Assembly: GCA_965197475.1 (NCBI GenBank)
Contig: CBDANF010000003.1
Location: 1,408,001-1,472,000 of the forward strand
DNA length: 64,000 nt
Reading direction: 5' to 3'
Origin: Candidatus Poribacteria bacterium
GTDB taxonomy: Bacteria; Poribacteria; WGA-4E; WGA-3G
Shown: in pieces, positions 19,772 through 29,783 of the stretch
How positions within the stretch are numbered: the first letter of the stretch is position 1
Layout: every line of letters begins with the position of its first letter
Notes under the pieces: model-generated
What the model was told of the DNA's origin: nothing
Seen by the model: the letters and a program-made list of their open reading frames with translations, nothing else
Databases searched by the model: none
Position numbers and translations under genes: made by a program

Positions 19772-20488
19772 TTATATCAGTTCCGATATCCTAACCCCCT
19801 TTTCATACCTAATTTGGTAAGGAACATCTGGCACCGGTATCCCCCGAATAGCCAACTCACCGAACGTGATAAGCGGTTCAGAAAGCAGAAGCAGCTCATC
19901 AAGAGATTCAGATGGGGTCTTATCGGTTGTGTCCAAAACAATTTTACGTCCTTTTTGGGTAAACAGAGATTTGTCGATCTCCTCCTGAAAAAGGTTTTTG
20001 AGTTTCGGAATATCCTCTGCCTTGATAATCTGATATTCGTGAGGGTTGGCTTTCATTCGTTCCTTAATCGTATTGTCGTTAGCGGTAACGTGAATCAAAA
20101 CCACATCTGGCAACCTTGCCTCCATAACTTGGGTTTCATATCCCCGCTGTGCACGATAGTGATAGTTTCGATAATACGAGCTTTCTGGATCATCGCCATA
20201 GACAGAGGTATAGACTGCCTCCTCAATGTGCCATCCCGCAATAAGCGTATTTGGATAGTTTTTGATTACTTCAACGTGATATTGTATCTGCATCCGTTGC
20301 ATCCGCTCTTTCACGTCATCCGGGAAGCTTATATACGCAGCTCTTGATTCTGCGCTTAGCGTAGAATCCGGGATTGTAAAGTGGTCATCAACGTGTACCG
20401 CTAATTTTCTGTGTTGATAATAGTCTGTCAAAAGGTTTATCAAAGTAGATTTTCCCGCGTATTCAATACCGACAAAAATACATCTCAT
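19772..20488 (-). CDS. P-loop nucleotide-kinase-like protein
   Basis: N-terminal Walker A 'GIEYAGKST'; GGAGG RBS. Confidence 0.75.
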   Translation of the reverse strand: MRCIFVGIEYAGKSTLINLLTDYYQHRKLAVHVDDHFTIPDSTLSAESRAAYISFPDDVKERMQRMQIQYHVEVIKNYPNTLIAGWHIEEAVYTSVYGDDPESSYYRNYHYRAQRGYETQVMEARLPDVVLIHVTANDNTIKERMKANPHEYQIIKAEDIPKLKNLFQEEIDKSLFTQKGRKIVLDTTDKTPSESLDELLLLSEPLITFGELAIRGIPVPDVPYQIRYEKGVRISELI

Positions 20489-20602
20489 AAAATACCTCCC
20501 TATTGAATTGATGAATGGTTAGGTTCATAAGTTTACTTTTAGATTTATCACTAAATTGGAAAAATGTCAAGCATTTAGTTATCTCGTTTAATGAAAAGAG
20601 AT

Positions 20603-20631
20603 TTGACAAATGTGTCGTAGGTGAGTATAAT
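20603..20631 (+). promoter_or_regulatory. Consensus sigma70 promoter
   Basis: TTGACA-N17-TATAAT upstream of the 20716 gene. Confidence 0.8.
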
Positions 20632-20715
20632 AGCACGGTATGTTAATGAAATCCCTCTTTGTTAGAAATACTTAACTAACGCATAACAAATAGCAACGCG
20701 AGGACATAAGCGTTT

Positions 20716-21897
20716 ATGTTAGCAGAACAGAAATTACAGTTTCTACAGAAAACAGAGCTTTTTACAGAACTTCCGAGAGCAGGTTTAAAATCAATTTGCG
20801 ATATTGCGCACGAGGTAGTCTGCCCTGCAAATCACACCCTCTTTGAGGAAGGTGCAGAGGGCGATTCACTTTACCTGCTTGTTGATGGCGAAATTAGCAT
20901 CATAAAAGCGGAAACGGAGGTATTATCTTTTAAAGAGAAGGGATATTGTCTCGGTGAAGTCGCCCTAATTGACGATAAACCGAGAAGTGCGACAATTAAA
21001 ACAGTTTCCCCGACGCACCTCCTGCGAATTACTCGGCACGATTTTTACCAAGCATTAGCCCGCGAACCTCTGATCGGTAGAGGAATGTTTCGGGTGCTAA
21101 ATAATAAAATTCGCCATGACCTTGAAATTCAGATGAGTGCAATCCGGAAAGAAGTCGCACAAGAGGAGTCGATGCGGCTTGCCGCCGAGGTACAGCAGTC
21201 AATTTTGCCCAACGAAGAGATTACATACCCGTGTGTAACCTCTGCTGGATATTGTCAACCGACAAACAGTGTTGGTGGTGATTATTACGATTATCTATAT
21301 CTTCCTAACAATCGAGTTGCGATTTTTATCGGTGATGTAATGGGACACGGATTTCATTCCGCTATGGTCGCAGCTATGACGAAAAGTTGCATACAAACGC
21401 AAATCCGTTTTGATGCTTCAGTGCCTGAGGTGATGAAGGCTGTCAAGCGGGTTGCTGAAGAGGATGCACAAACCTTTATTTATATGACATGTTGCTACGT
21501 TATCATCCATCAGGATAATCGGCTTGAGTTTGCCAACGCGGGGCATCCAGCAATGCTTCATTTTCGGGCGAACAGTGAAGAGTGTATTGAATTGGAATCC
21601 CAATTCCCGCCAGTAGGTATTGCGTTACCAAATCAAAATTCGGTGACGCAATACCACAGTACTGAAACGAATTGGGAACCTGGGGACTTACTCGTGCTTT
21701 ATTCGGATGGTATCACTGAAGCTTTTAATGCAGATACTGAGATGTATGGAATTGAGCGGCTCAAAAACCTCTTGTCTGAAAAGCAACATCTGTCTGCTGT
21801 TAAAATTAGGAAAGAGATTCTGTCTGATCTTGAGGCGTATCAGCAAAGTAAAAACCCAGATGATGACATTACGTTAGTTATCGCAAAATTTCTATAG
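20716..21897 (+). CDS. cNMP-binding domain plus SpoIIE/PP2C serine phosphatase
   Basis: 'GEVAL..KPRSAT' cNMP motif; 'VGGDYYD', 'GDVMGHG', 'YSDGITEA', 'DDITL'. Confidence 0.93.
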   Translation: MLAEQKLQFLQKTELFTELPRAGLKSICDIAHEVVCPANHTLFEEGAEGDSLYLLVDGEISIIKAETEVLSFKEKGYCLGEVALIDDKPRSATIKTVSPTHLLRITRHDFYQALAREPLIGRGMFRVLNNKIRHDLEIQMSAIRKEVAQEESMRLAAEVQQSILPNEEITYPCVTSAGYCQPTNSVGGDYYDYLYLPNNRVAIFIGDVMGHGFHSAMVAAMTKSCIQTQIRFDASVPEVMKAVKRVAEEDAQTFIYMTCCYVIIHQDNRLEFANAGHPAMLHFRANSEECIELESQFPPVGIALPNQNSVTQYHSTETNWEPGDLLVLYSDGITEAFNADTEMYGIERLKNLLSEKQHLSAVKIRKEILSDLEAYQQSKNPDDDITLVIAKFL

Positions 21898-21923
21898 TGT
21901 GTGATGATCCTGATCAGGTTGAA

Positions 21924-23189
21924 TTACCGACTCTGCTGTTCAATCTGATTGGCTGCGTAATAGATAATGTTTTCAATGAGTGCTTTGTTCACAGAAACCG
22001 TATACTGATTATCGTTTCGGAGACTGGTGATAATGTAAAGTCCTTTTCCATATCGCCGTGCACCGATAACGAGTTCGTTGCGTTCTTGCGAAGTTGCAAA
22101 TACCTTATCGGTTTTTTCCCAATTCGTCCAAGCATCATCAGTATAGATTTTGCCAGATTGAATTTCGTTCGGAGTGGAGAAAAGCGTGTGACCGTTTTGG
22201 GTAGCAACAAAAAATCTATCTGGCGGACTTTCAACGCCTTTCAAATTGCCCTGCAGCCAACCAACTCCGCACGGTTTTTGTAAAGTACTGTCTTGTCCAG
22301 AAACGATAACAATACCACCATTTTTGACGAAGTTTTTAATTTCTTTCTCTGTCTTTGGGGTAAGGAGGTATCTACCGAAACTTGAAATTTCTTCGTATCC
22401 AATCCATAAAATATCGGCTTCCTGTAAGTTCGGGAGCGTACGCATCTTGGTAGATTCATAAGCCATTGGACGTTTCCCAGTCTTTTTAACATTGCGTAAA
22501 GCCTTGTATTCGTAGGTCATTGAGTTGGTATGGACATGGGTTTGTCCCATAGTAGCAGATGTGCTATTTCCGGTTAAAACCAGAATTTTTACAGCGTTTT
22601 TGGCTGCGGTAACCCACATTTTTCCCGCTAACATGTCGCGAACAACTTTTTGGAACGTTTTTGTCTTACCATTAAAGGTGCGCAACATCATCGGATCAAT
22701 GTGAGTGAAACTCCACCATGAACTACTGTTACCTTGATATCCACGCATTTGAAACCATGTGTTGTCAATAAAGCACATACTATCAATACCGTATTGTTCC
22801 CGATAGAATACGATAATTGGCATGCCCTGTTTAAGTAGTCTTACCATCTTTTGCGGTGAGGTGCCCTGTTGATATTGTCCGGTGGCAAAGTTCATTTTAA
22901 TTTCTTTTAGATAACTTTTGCCCTTCACATCTTCATTGACTTTAATAATAGCCTGCAACCTCCCTGCCTTTACTGAATAAACTTCACCAAAAACGATATT
23001 TGTGCAGGCATCAAGGACTTCTCGAATTGTATACTCACGCTCAATGAAGCCAAGCGCGGGTGATGAAGTGAGGAAACCGATAAGAAATAACGAAACAATC
23101 AATGTTGTTAGGAACTGTGTAAAACGCACTGTCAGACCTCCATGTAGATTGACATCTTTGAATTGTATGATTAATAGAAATTTTATCAT
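21924..23189 (-). CDS. Hypothetical secreted protein (true start probably the GTG near 23128)
   Basis: Long ORF. GGAGG precedes the 'VRFTQFLTTLIVSLF...ALG' signal peptide. Confidence 0.75.
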   Translation of the reverse strand: MIKFLLIIQFKDVNLHGGLTVRFTQFLTTLIVSLFLIGFLTSSPALGFIEREYTIREVLDACTNIVFGEVYSVKAGRLQAIIKVNEDVKGKSYLKEIKMNFATGQYQQGTSPQKMVRLLKQGMPIIVFYREQYGIDSMCFIDNTWFQMRGYQGNSSSWWSFTHIDPMMLRTFNGKTKTFQKVVRDMLAGKMWVTAAKNAVKILVLTGNSTSATMGQTHVHTNSMTYEYKALRNVKKTGKRPMAYESTKMRTLPNLQEADILWIGYEEISSFGRYLLTPKTEKEIKNFVKNGGIVIVSGQDSTLQKPCGVGWLQGNLKGVESPPDRFFVATQNGHTLFSTPNEIQSGKIYTDDAWTNWEKTDKVFATSQERNELVIGARRYGKGLYIITSLRNDNQYTVSVNKALIENIIYYAANQIEQQSR

Positions 23190-23402
23190 ATTTATATCAA
23201 TTTGACAACAATTTTGTCAAGTTTCTGTCTGAATCGCGGATTTTCGCAGATTGCACCAAATCAACGGTATGAATGCCTGTTGGCATTCCCCGGATTACGC
23301 GGATTTTGGGAGTCTGACAAATTAGGCGGACAAGGTTTCCTTCCTGCAAAAGAGAAGCCATGGCTAATCTCAAAATTTTACATACCGTAATTTATTTTCA
23401 AC

Positions 23403-23431
23403 TTGAAAATTCTCCAAATTAATATTATAAT
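23403..23431 (+). promoter_or_regulatory. Candidate sigma70 promoter upstream of the defence island
   Basis: TTGAAA-N17-TATAAT. Confidence 0.45.
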
Positions 23432-23829
23432 GCAATTATTAATAATGTATCCAAATCAAGAATTGATGGATAGGAATTGATCTCTACATGGCAGCGTGAA
23501 ATTGGAGAAAAAATTATGTATAAGAAAAGTATCACAGATCCGTTGGAGGGTGTAACAAGTTCGTTACTGAGCTTTCAAAAACAATTGGAAAATGTCTGCA
23601 GGCTTCCTGAAGTTGTTCCGAATTCTTCTGTTACAAAGTTTTTAAATCAACAAAACAATTAACAATGTTAAGTCCTCTATTGAATCTATCTCTGGTATCA
23701 CCCCAAATTGTCCAAACTATAGTAATATTTATAGCAAGATTGTCCCCGTTATAAGCACATGACGGGATGTCGGTATATATCTTAAGAAATCGCACTTCGT
23801 TTTGGCTTGGGAATTAATAGGGTAATAAT

Positions 23830-26610
23830 TTGCAATTTCAGATAAAAACTATTGGGCACTTACGTTCTCTCTTTACAGATGGACCAGATCCTATCTTCCT
23901 GCTTGGGGCTGGTGCTTCCTACAGTTCAGGTATTCCTCTTGCGGGTGAAATGGTTGAAAAAATAGCAAGATGGGGATACTGTAAGGAAAATAACCTTTCT
24001 ATTGAAGATCCGCGCATACGGCGCAGTGACTGGTATCCGTGGTTAGAAAAACAGAATTGGTATCGGTCAGATTGGGAACGCTCTCAAAATTATCCTTACG
24101 CAATTGAAAACATTCTTCAGCCAAGAGAAGATAGAAGACAATTTTTTCTTGATATCCTGAATACACAAGTGGAACCAGGCGAAGGATATAAATATATGGC
24201 AGAGCTCATGGCGCGTAAACACGTTCGCACCGTTCTTACTACAAACTTTGATAGAATTTTGCAAGAAGTGCACAGAGTAAACCGCAGTATTCATCATGTT
24301 GATATTATCCAAACACCTTCTGAATATAGAAAATTATCCACAAGTCCGCGATATACCCAGATTGTTTACTTACACGGTTCAGTTGAAAATTATAATGACA
24401 AAAATACTTTAGCAGAAACAGCACATCTTGATGAAGGTTTAGTTTCAAGGTTGTTACCACTTTTGAGGGATCATCCTTTGATTGTTATAGGATATCGAGG
24501 CGCGGAAGCTTCCGTAATGAGACATCTTCTCATTGATAACGCTGCGGCTGCAGATGGTTACCGTCATGGGATTTATTGGTGCTCGCGAAATTATATAGAG
24601 GGCGATTCTGACAATCTTCCTTCGTTAGTTCAGGCACTTGCTGGTGAGATCCAAACAAACTTTCAAATTTTTTCTATCAATGGATTTGACGAAGTGATGT
24701 GTACTTTATGGCAGCATGTTCGTCAGCAGAGTACGGATTATCAGCCGCAAATTCCTTCTGTGTCTGAAGAATTATCATTATTTCCTTTTGATTTCCAGAA
24801 ACTTACCGAAGCTGCCTTAGATGATTTTGATTGGCCGACAATGAGAGTTCGGGTGTTTCAGTACTGCGATAGGATGGATATCCGGGTGCCGCCAACTGTC
24901 AACGACGATTGGATTATTCGATTGCTGTGCGATTTAGATCTTGCCTCACCTACTGAAGAAGATAATATTTTTCCAACGGTGGGCGGTTACTTACTTTTTG
25001 CTGCGACTCCGCAGCACTGTATTCGAACCGCCAAAGTTGTCGTACGCATAAATGGGGATCTTGAGTGGATCCAAAACGTATTTGATGTTTCCACCAATCA
25101 AGTAGAACAAAAAATTGAGGGTAACCTTTGGCATCAACTTGACGAGATTTATGCGCTGCTTTCTCGCATTAACCGATCCTTCCTTCTAAAGGAAGGACAA
25201 CACTCAAAATCTGTATATCCCTATCCTCCAGATGCCTTGAGAGAAGTAGTTGTCAACGCACTCGTCCACCGTGACTATAAGAAGGATGAACCAATTGTGA
25301 TTGAAATTGAGCAAAATAGTATCCGTATCCGCAATCCAGGCGGGTTAGTTCAAGACGTTATAGAACAGATGACGGCCACACCTCATAACGAGATAAGAGA
25401 CACGTTTGAAACAAGAATTAAAGGTGGGGGACGGGGTATTCAAGGATATCGGAATCCTGTTGTGTCGGACCTGTTCTATGGCACAGAAGATATGGAAAAA
25501 GCAGGTTCCGGATTACCGGACGTTTGGCAGAAATGCGATGAAAACAAAAATGAGGTGAGTTTTGGACCGATTGATAACAACGCTGCTTTTGAAATAGAAA
25601 TTTCGCGCCGCCCAGAGGCAGTAGATACTATTACTGGAACTGCCTCCAGTAGTAAACACTTCATCCGCTACGCGAGCAATCTTCTTGAAGTAGTTAATCT
25701 ACCGGATGTAGTTTGGCACGCTGGAACTACTGCACGAAAAGCAAAGGATGTATGGGAAAGCACAGAAGCAGATTGGCTGCCTCCATTCATGACTTATGCA
25801 GAAAGGCTTTTTACTTTCGAGAATCTATCAACTTCTGCTAATCCACTTTACACTGCGATTGACACTAACGATATAGGAAAGATAACTATTGAAGAATTTA
25901 TTAACACCTATGATGAGAAGGCCTTTGCCTGGCTACTCAATACATGTTTTTTCAGACACCTTGAAGCACAAGGTCTATTGGTAGACAAAGATCGAAAACG
26001 TGCTTATTTTCCCAAAACAGGCGAAAAATATCGAGAAATCACCTACAAGGCACGTGTCCGCCGTGCTACCCGAAAAGTGGTGAAAAAAAGAAATAATTAT
26101 TGGGAACATAAGTCATTTTGGTTTCGGTTTGAACGCTATGGAAATGTCTGGACCCTACTCTTACTTCCAAGTTATGTTTTTACTACTGATGGAAAAGCAT
26201 CGTATTTGTCTGGTGATTTGGCCAACAAATATTCCACCCGGCTTCAGAGTCACGATTACAACAATGTGGTGCACAACGATCTTGTATTCTGGGCGTGGGT
26301 GCTTTCAGGCGGAAAACATGGTACTTTTGCACTAGACACAGGTGCACCAGAAATAAAATTGGATACGGTTTCAGCAAACAAAATCCATAAAGGCAACGGT
26401 CATCAAATCCTTATTAGAAATAACTTGTCAGCGGTTGTTGCTCCTGTGATGGAATTAGATGAAGCATGGGGAATTGGAGCACTTGAGAAATTGGATACAA
26501 GCGAATTGGCACAGTTAGAGTCAGAAATCTCACAGACGTTTTCGCAATTAGCAGAGGAAGAAGATGTTAATTCAAATGCAAATCAACCAATTACCTACAC
26601 CAGAGATTGA
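23830..26610 (+). CDS. Sir2-like NADase / HATPase_c_4 (RecG-C-like) / APAZ fusion; effector partner of a short pAgo
   Basis: Sir2 motifs GAGAS, TTNFD, YLHGS and IGY. Middle region 'YPPDALREVVVNALVHRDY...IRNPGG...RNP...MEKAGSG'. C-terminal APAZ-like region 'RKRAYFP...YWEHKSF.FRF...LLPSYVFTTDG...YN'. Overlaps the pAgo start. Confidence 0.85.
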   Translation: MQFQIKTIGHLRSLFTDGPDPIFLLGAGASYSSGIPLAGEMVEKIARWGYCKENNLSIEDPRIRRSDWYPWLEKQNWYRSDWERSQNYPYAIENILQPREDRRQFFLDILNTQVEPGEGYKYMAELMARKHVRTVLTTNFDRILQEVHRVNRSIHHVDIIQTPSEYRKLSTSPRYTQIVYLHGSVENYNDKNTLAETAHLDEGLVSRLLPLLRDHPLIVIGYRGAEASVMRHLLIDNAAAADGYRHGIYWCSRNYIEGDSDNLPSLVQALAGEIQTNFQIFSINGFDEVMCTLWQHVRQQSTDYQPQIPSVSEELSLFPFDFQKLTEAALDDFDWPTMRVRVFQYCDRMDIRVPPTVNDDWIIRLLCDLDLASPTEEDNIFPTVGGYLLFAATPQHCIRTAKVVVRINGDLEWIQNVFDVSTNQVEQKIEGNLWHQLDEIYALLSRINRSFLLKEGQHSKSVYPYPPDALREVVVNALVHRDYKKDEPIVIEIEQNSIRIRNPGGLVQDVIEQMTATPHNEIRDTFETRIKGGGRGIQGYRNPVVSDLFYGTEDMEKAGSGLPDVWQKCDENKNEVSFGPIDNNAAFEIEISRRPEAVDTITGTASSSKHFIRYASNLLEVVNLPDVVWHAGTTARKAKDVWESTEADWLPPFMTYAERLFTFENLSTSANPLYTAIDTNDIGKITIEEFINTYDEKAFAWLLNTCFFRHLEAQGLLVDKDRKRAYFPKTGEKYREITYKARVRRATRKVVKKRNNYWEHKSFWFRFERYGNVWTLLLLPSYVFTTDGKASYLSGDLANKYSTRLQSHDYNNVVHNDLVFWAWVLSGGKHGTFALDTGAPEIKLDTVSANKIHKGNGHQILIRNNLSAVVAPVMELDEAWGIGALEKLDTSELAQLESEISQTFSQLAEEEDVNSNANQPITYTRD

Positions 26611-28048
26611 ATTTGGTGCCCCAGGTACATTTATAGATCCAAAAGTAGGTCTAATTGAAGCAGGTCCTTTTGACCGACGTTTCGGGGCCGCTCATAAAAG
26701 AGAGGTCCGCGTTGGTTTCGTTGGCAACACAGAAATATTAAATAAAGGCTATAAATGGATTGAAAGGTGTTGCAAAGTAATTCCAACAGAGATTAAAGAC
26801 TCTCCACAATACCAGGATTTTCCTGGTTTTCAAGATATTTTTCACGCTACACTTGAGTTAAGAAACCAGTGGGTAAAAACAATTGACAACAAAAAACTTG
26901 AAAGAGCATTAGCAATAAAGAATTCAAAAAGCCGTTTTGAGGATGTATTGAATCTTTATACCGATGGTATAGATAAGTTGGTCAATTGCACTGAAACTCG
27001 TCCTGACATAGTAATGTGTTGTTTGCCTAATGAGGTCATCCAAACATGTTGGAGCATTTCAAGTAATCTGACTCCTAGACAACTTGAATCCATCAAGAAA
27101 CGTAAGGCTGAGCGTGAGCGTGGGCAACTTTCTTTATTTGAAGACATAGAAGAAACCGAAGAAGACCTGCTGAATCGGAATTTTAGACGGGCATTGAAAG
27201 CACGGACAATGAAATATGAAATGCCAATTCAAATTGGAACTGAGAGATTGTTTGAAGATATGGAAACTAGTCAAGAAGCGGCTACAAGAGCATGGAACAT
27301 GAGTGTGGCACTCTATTACAAAGCGGGAGGAATACCGTGGCGTTTTAAGGTAGACGGACCAGAAACCTGCTTTGTCGGTATCAGTTTTCATCACTTACGA
27401 ACTCCTTCACAACATCTTGTCTATTCAAGTTTAGCACAAGCTTTTTCAAGCCGGGGCGAAGGATTCGCGCTTCGCGGCGAACCTATCCCTAGAGATGAAA
27501 AACAGGGATGGAATGTGCACTTAACAGAGGACCAATCAGCTAAACTAGCAAACAAAGTACTTCAAGAATACAATGAACAGATAGGCGGTAATCCACAACG
27601 TGTTGTACTTCATAAAACATCAAAATTTGACGACTCTGAACAAGATGGGTTCCGACACGGTTTCCGTGACATTCCCATAGTCGAATTAATTAACATTATG
27701 CCGACACAATTTCGGCTATTAACTTATGGAGCATATCCTCCGAGAAGAGGCACCTTGTGTACAGTCAATAAGGAAGCCACATATCTATTCACTACAGGCT
27801 ATATGCCTGAATGGCGGACTTACCCTGGACCTCACATTCCTGCTCCAGTAAGACTAATGAGTAACGATGACGTTGACATGCATCAGGTCGCCTCAGATAT
27901 ATTAGGACTCGCCCGCATGAACTGGAATACTGCAAGCATGAGCAGTTCCCACCCTGTAACGTTATTTTTCTCTCGGCGAGTCGGAGGCATCATGGCGGAG
28001 GTAGGAGAAATTGAAAAACCCCGTCCATCTTTCCGTTATTATATGTAA
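26564..28048 (+). CDS. ago: Short prokaryotic Argonaute (MID-PIWI only, catalytically inactive)
   Basis: 494 aa. 'DPKVGL..AGP', MID 'FRRALKA...PIQI...AWN..VALYYKAGGIPW', PIWI 'CFVGISF' (catalytic Asp replaced), 'VVLHKTS', 'YPPRRGT', 'LARMNWN', and C-terminal FRYYM. Confidence 0.95.
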   Translation: MLIQMQINQLPTPEIEFGAPGTFIDPKVGLIEAGPFDRRFGAAHKREVRVGFVGNTEILNKGYKWIERCCKVIPTEIKDSPQYQDFPGFQDIFHATLELRNQWVKTIDNKKLERALAIKNSKSRFEDVLNLYTDGIDKLVNCTETRPDIVMCCLPNEVIQTCWSISSNLTPRQLESIKKRKAERERGQLSLFEDIEETEEDLLNRNFRRALKARTMKYEMPIQIGTERLFEDMETSQEAATRAWNMSVALYYKAGGIPWRFKVDGPETCFVGISFHHLRTPSQHLVYSSLAQAFSSRGEGFALRGEPIPRDEKQGWNVHLTEDQSAKLANKVLQEYNEQIGGNPQRVVLHKTSKFDDSEQDGFRHGFRDIPIVELINIMPTQFRLLTYGAYPPRRGTLCTVNKEATYLFTTGYMPEWRTYPGPHIPAPVRLMSNDDVDMHQVASDILGLARMNWNTASMSSSHPVTLFFSRRVGGIMAEVGEIEKPRPSFRYYM

Positions 28049-28154
28049 ATCATAAAATTGTTATACAACTGACGATGTTCAGGCGTTTGATTGACAAACA
28101 GTGAAATGGTTGAGAGACTGTAATAAAATTTAGACATCTCCCAAAGGAAACCCA

Positions 28155-29765
28155 ATGCCCACACTTGACTTCAAAGGCAAACAATTCATATACGCACACC
28201 ACCTCACCGTCCCCTTCCGCAAACCGGAAATAGACGCAGAAAAATCCCTCACAGGCGAAAAACCTCCATCATTAGACGATAACCTCATTATTCACGGTGA
28301 CAACCTACATGCCTTAAAAGCACTCCTCCCCGTATACGCTGGCAAAATCAAGTGTATCTATATTGACCCGCCTTACAACACTGGCAACGAAAATTGGGTT
28401 TACAATGATAACGTCAATAGTCCGATGATGAGAACGTGGCTTGAGAAAAACAGTCCGATTGATATTGAAGATTTGGAACGGCACGATAAGTGGTTGTGTA
28501 TGATGTGGCCTCGGTTACACTTATTGCGTGAGTTGCTATCCGATGATGGCGTAATTTTCATCTCAATTGATGATAATGAACAGCATCGTTTGCGGATGTT
28601 AATGGATGAGATTTTTGGAGCAGAAAATTTTGTAACTAACATAATTTGGCAGAAAAAATTTAGTCCGCAAAATGATGCCAAGTATTTTTCCGATAATCAT
28701 GATTTTGTGGTTTGTTACGCAAAGGATAAAGAAACATGGCGGCCGGTTCTTCTACCTCGAACTGAAAAGCACAACAAGCGATATTCTAATCCTGACAACG
28801 ACCCGCGGGGACCTTGGAGTTCAAGTGGATTAGATGTAAAAACCTATCAAGAAGAATATGACTATCCGATCACTACTCCATCAGGACGAATTGTTAATCC
28901 TCCAACAAGTAGGTGCTGGAGGTGCAGCAAAGAGAAATTTGATGAACTTATTAATGACAATAGGATATGGTTTGGTGAAGAGGGTAATAATGTCCCTCGC
29001 GTAAAGCGTTTTCTATCAGAAGTTAAACAAGGCATCACACCTTTAACTGTATGGTTATATGAAGATGTTGGACATACTCAGAGTGCAACACAAGGACTTA
29101 ATAAAATTGGTGTTGCATTTTCAAACCCAAAACCACATACATTGATAGAACGCATATTACAAATTGGTACTGACCCCGATTCAATTATTCTGGACTCCTT
29201 CGCGGGCAGCGGCACCACTGCCCATGCTGTGCTTGCACTCAACAAAGCGGATGGCGGTAACCGAAAGTTTATCCTCGTTGAATGCGAAGATTACGCTGAC
29301 GACATCACCGCCGAACGCGTCCGCCGCGTCATAAATGGCATTGAAAATGCCAAAGATGAAAACTTGCAAAAAGGACTCGGTGGTTCCTTCACCTACTGCA
29401 CACTCGGTGAAACGATTGACACTGAGGGAATGCTTACTGGCGACTCACTTCCCACATACCAAACCTTAGCGAACTATGTTGCTTATACGGCTACCGGCAG
29501 TAATTTGCAGGTCAAAGCAAAGCAGAAAAATTATTGCTTCGGTGAAACAAAGGATATCCGCTTCTATCTCATCTATGAACCGACACTTGAATTTTTAGAG
29601 AGCAACAAGTCCGCTTTAGATGCGAAACGCGCTGAGCAGATAGCTGAGGAATGCAAAGCGACAGGCAAAAAAGCCTACGTCTATGCGTCTCATAAGTTTA
29701 TGAGCCAGAAAGAACTTACACCGATGGGTATTACCTTCTGCCAACTCCCCTACAGCATCTATTAA
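28155..29765 (+). CDS. mod: Type III R-M system N6-adenine methyltransferase (Mod)
   Basis: 'IHGDNL', 'IYIDPPYNTG', 'NPKP', 'LDSFAGSGTT'. Confidence 0.93.
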   Translation: MPTLDFKGKQFIYAHHLTVPFRKPEIDAEKSLTGEKPPSLDDNLIIHGDNLHALKALLPVYAGKIKCIYIDPPYNTGNENWVYNDNVNSPMMRTWLEKNSPIDIEDLERHDKWLCMMWPRLHLLRELLSDDGVIFISIDDNEQHRLRMLMDEIFGAENFVTNIIWQKKFSPQNDAKYFSDNHDFVVCYAKDKETWRPVLLPRTEKHNKRYSNPDNDPRGPWSSSGLDVKTYQEEYDYPITTPSGRIVNPPTSRCWRCSKEKFDELINDNRIWFGEEGNNVPRVKRFLSEVKQGITPLTVWLYEDVGHTQSATQGLNKIGVAFSNPKPHTLIERILQIGTDPDSIILDSFAGSGTTAHAVLALNKADGGNRKFILVECEDYADDITAERVRRVINGIENAKDENLQKGLGGSFTYCTLGETIDTEGMLTGDSLPTYQTLANYVAYTATGSNLQVKAKQKNYCFGETKDIRFYLIYEPTLEFLESNKSALDAKRAEQIAEECKATGKKAYVYASHKFMSQKELTPMGITFCQLPYSIY

Positions 29766-29783
29766 ATCAAAAAGTCATAAAAA

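Noticed and set aside
23477-23662. 61-aa ORF as a third component of the pAgo system
   Set aside because: No recognisable motif, and it is separated from the operon by a MITE end; may be a remnant.
26564-28048. Active DNA-cleaving (long) Argonaute
   Set aside because: No N/PAZ domains, and the first catalytic Asp is replaced (GISF).
28155-29765. Phase-variable mod gene (phasevarion)
   Set aside because: No simple-sequence repeat tract is visible in or before the gene.
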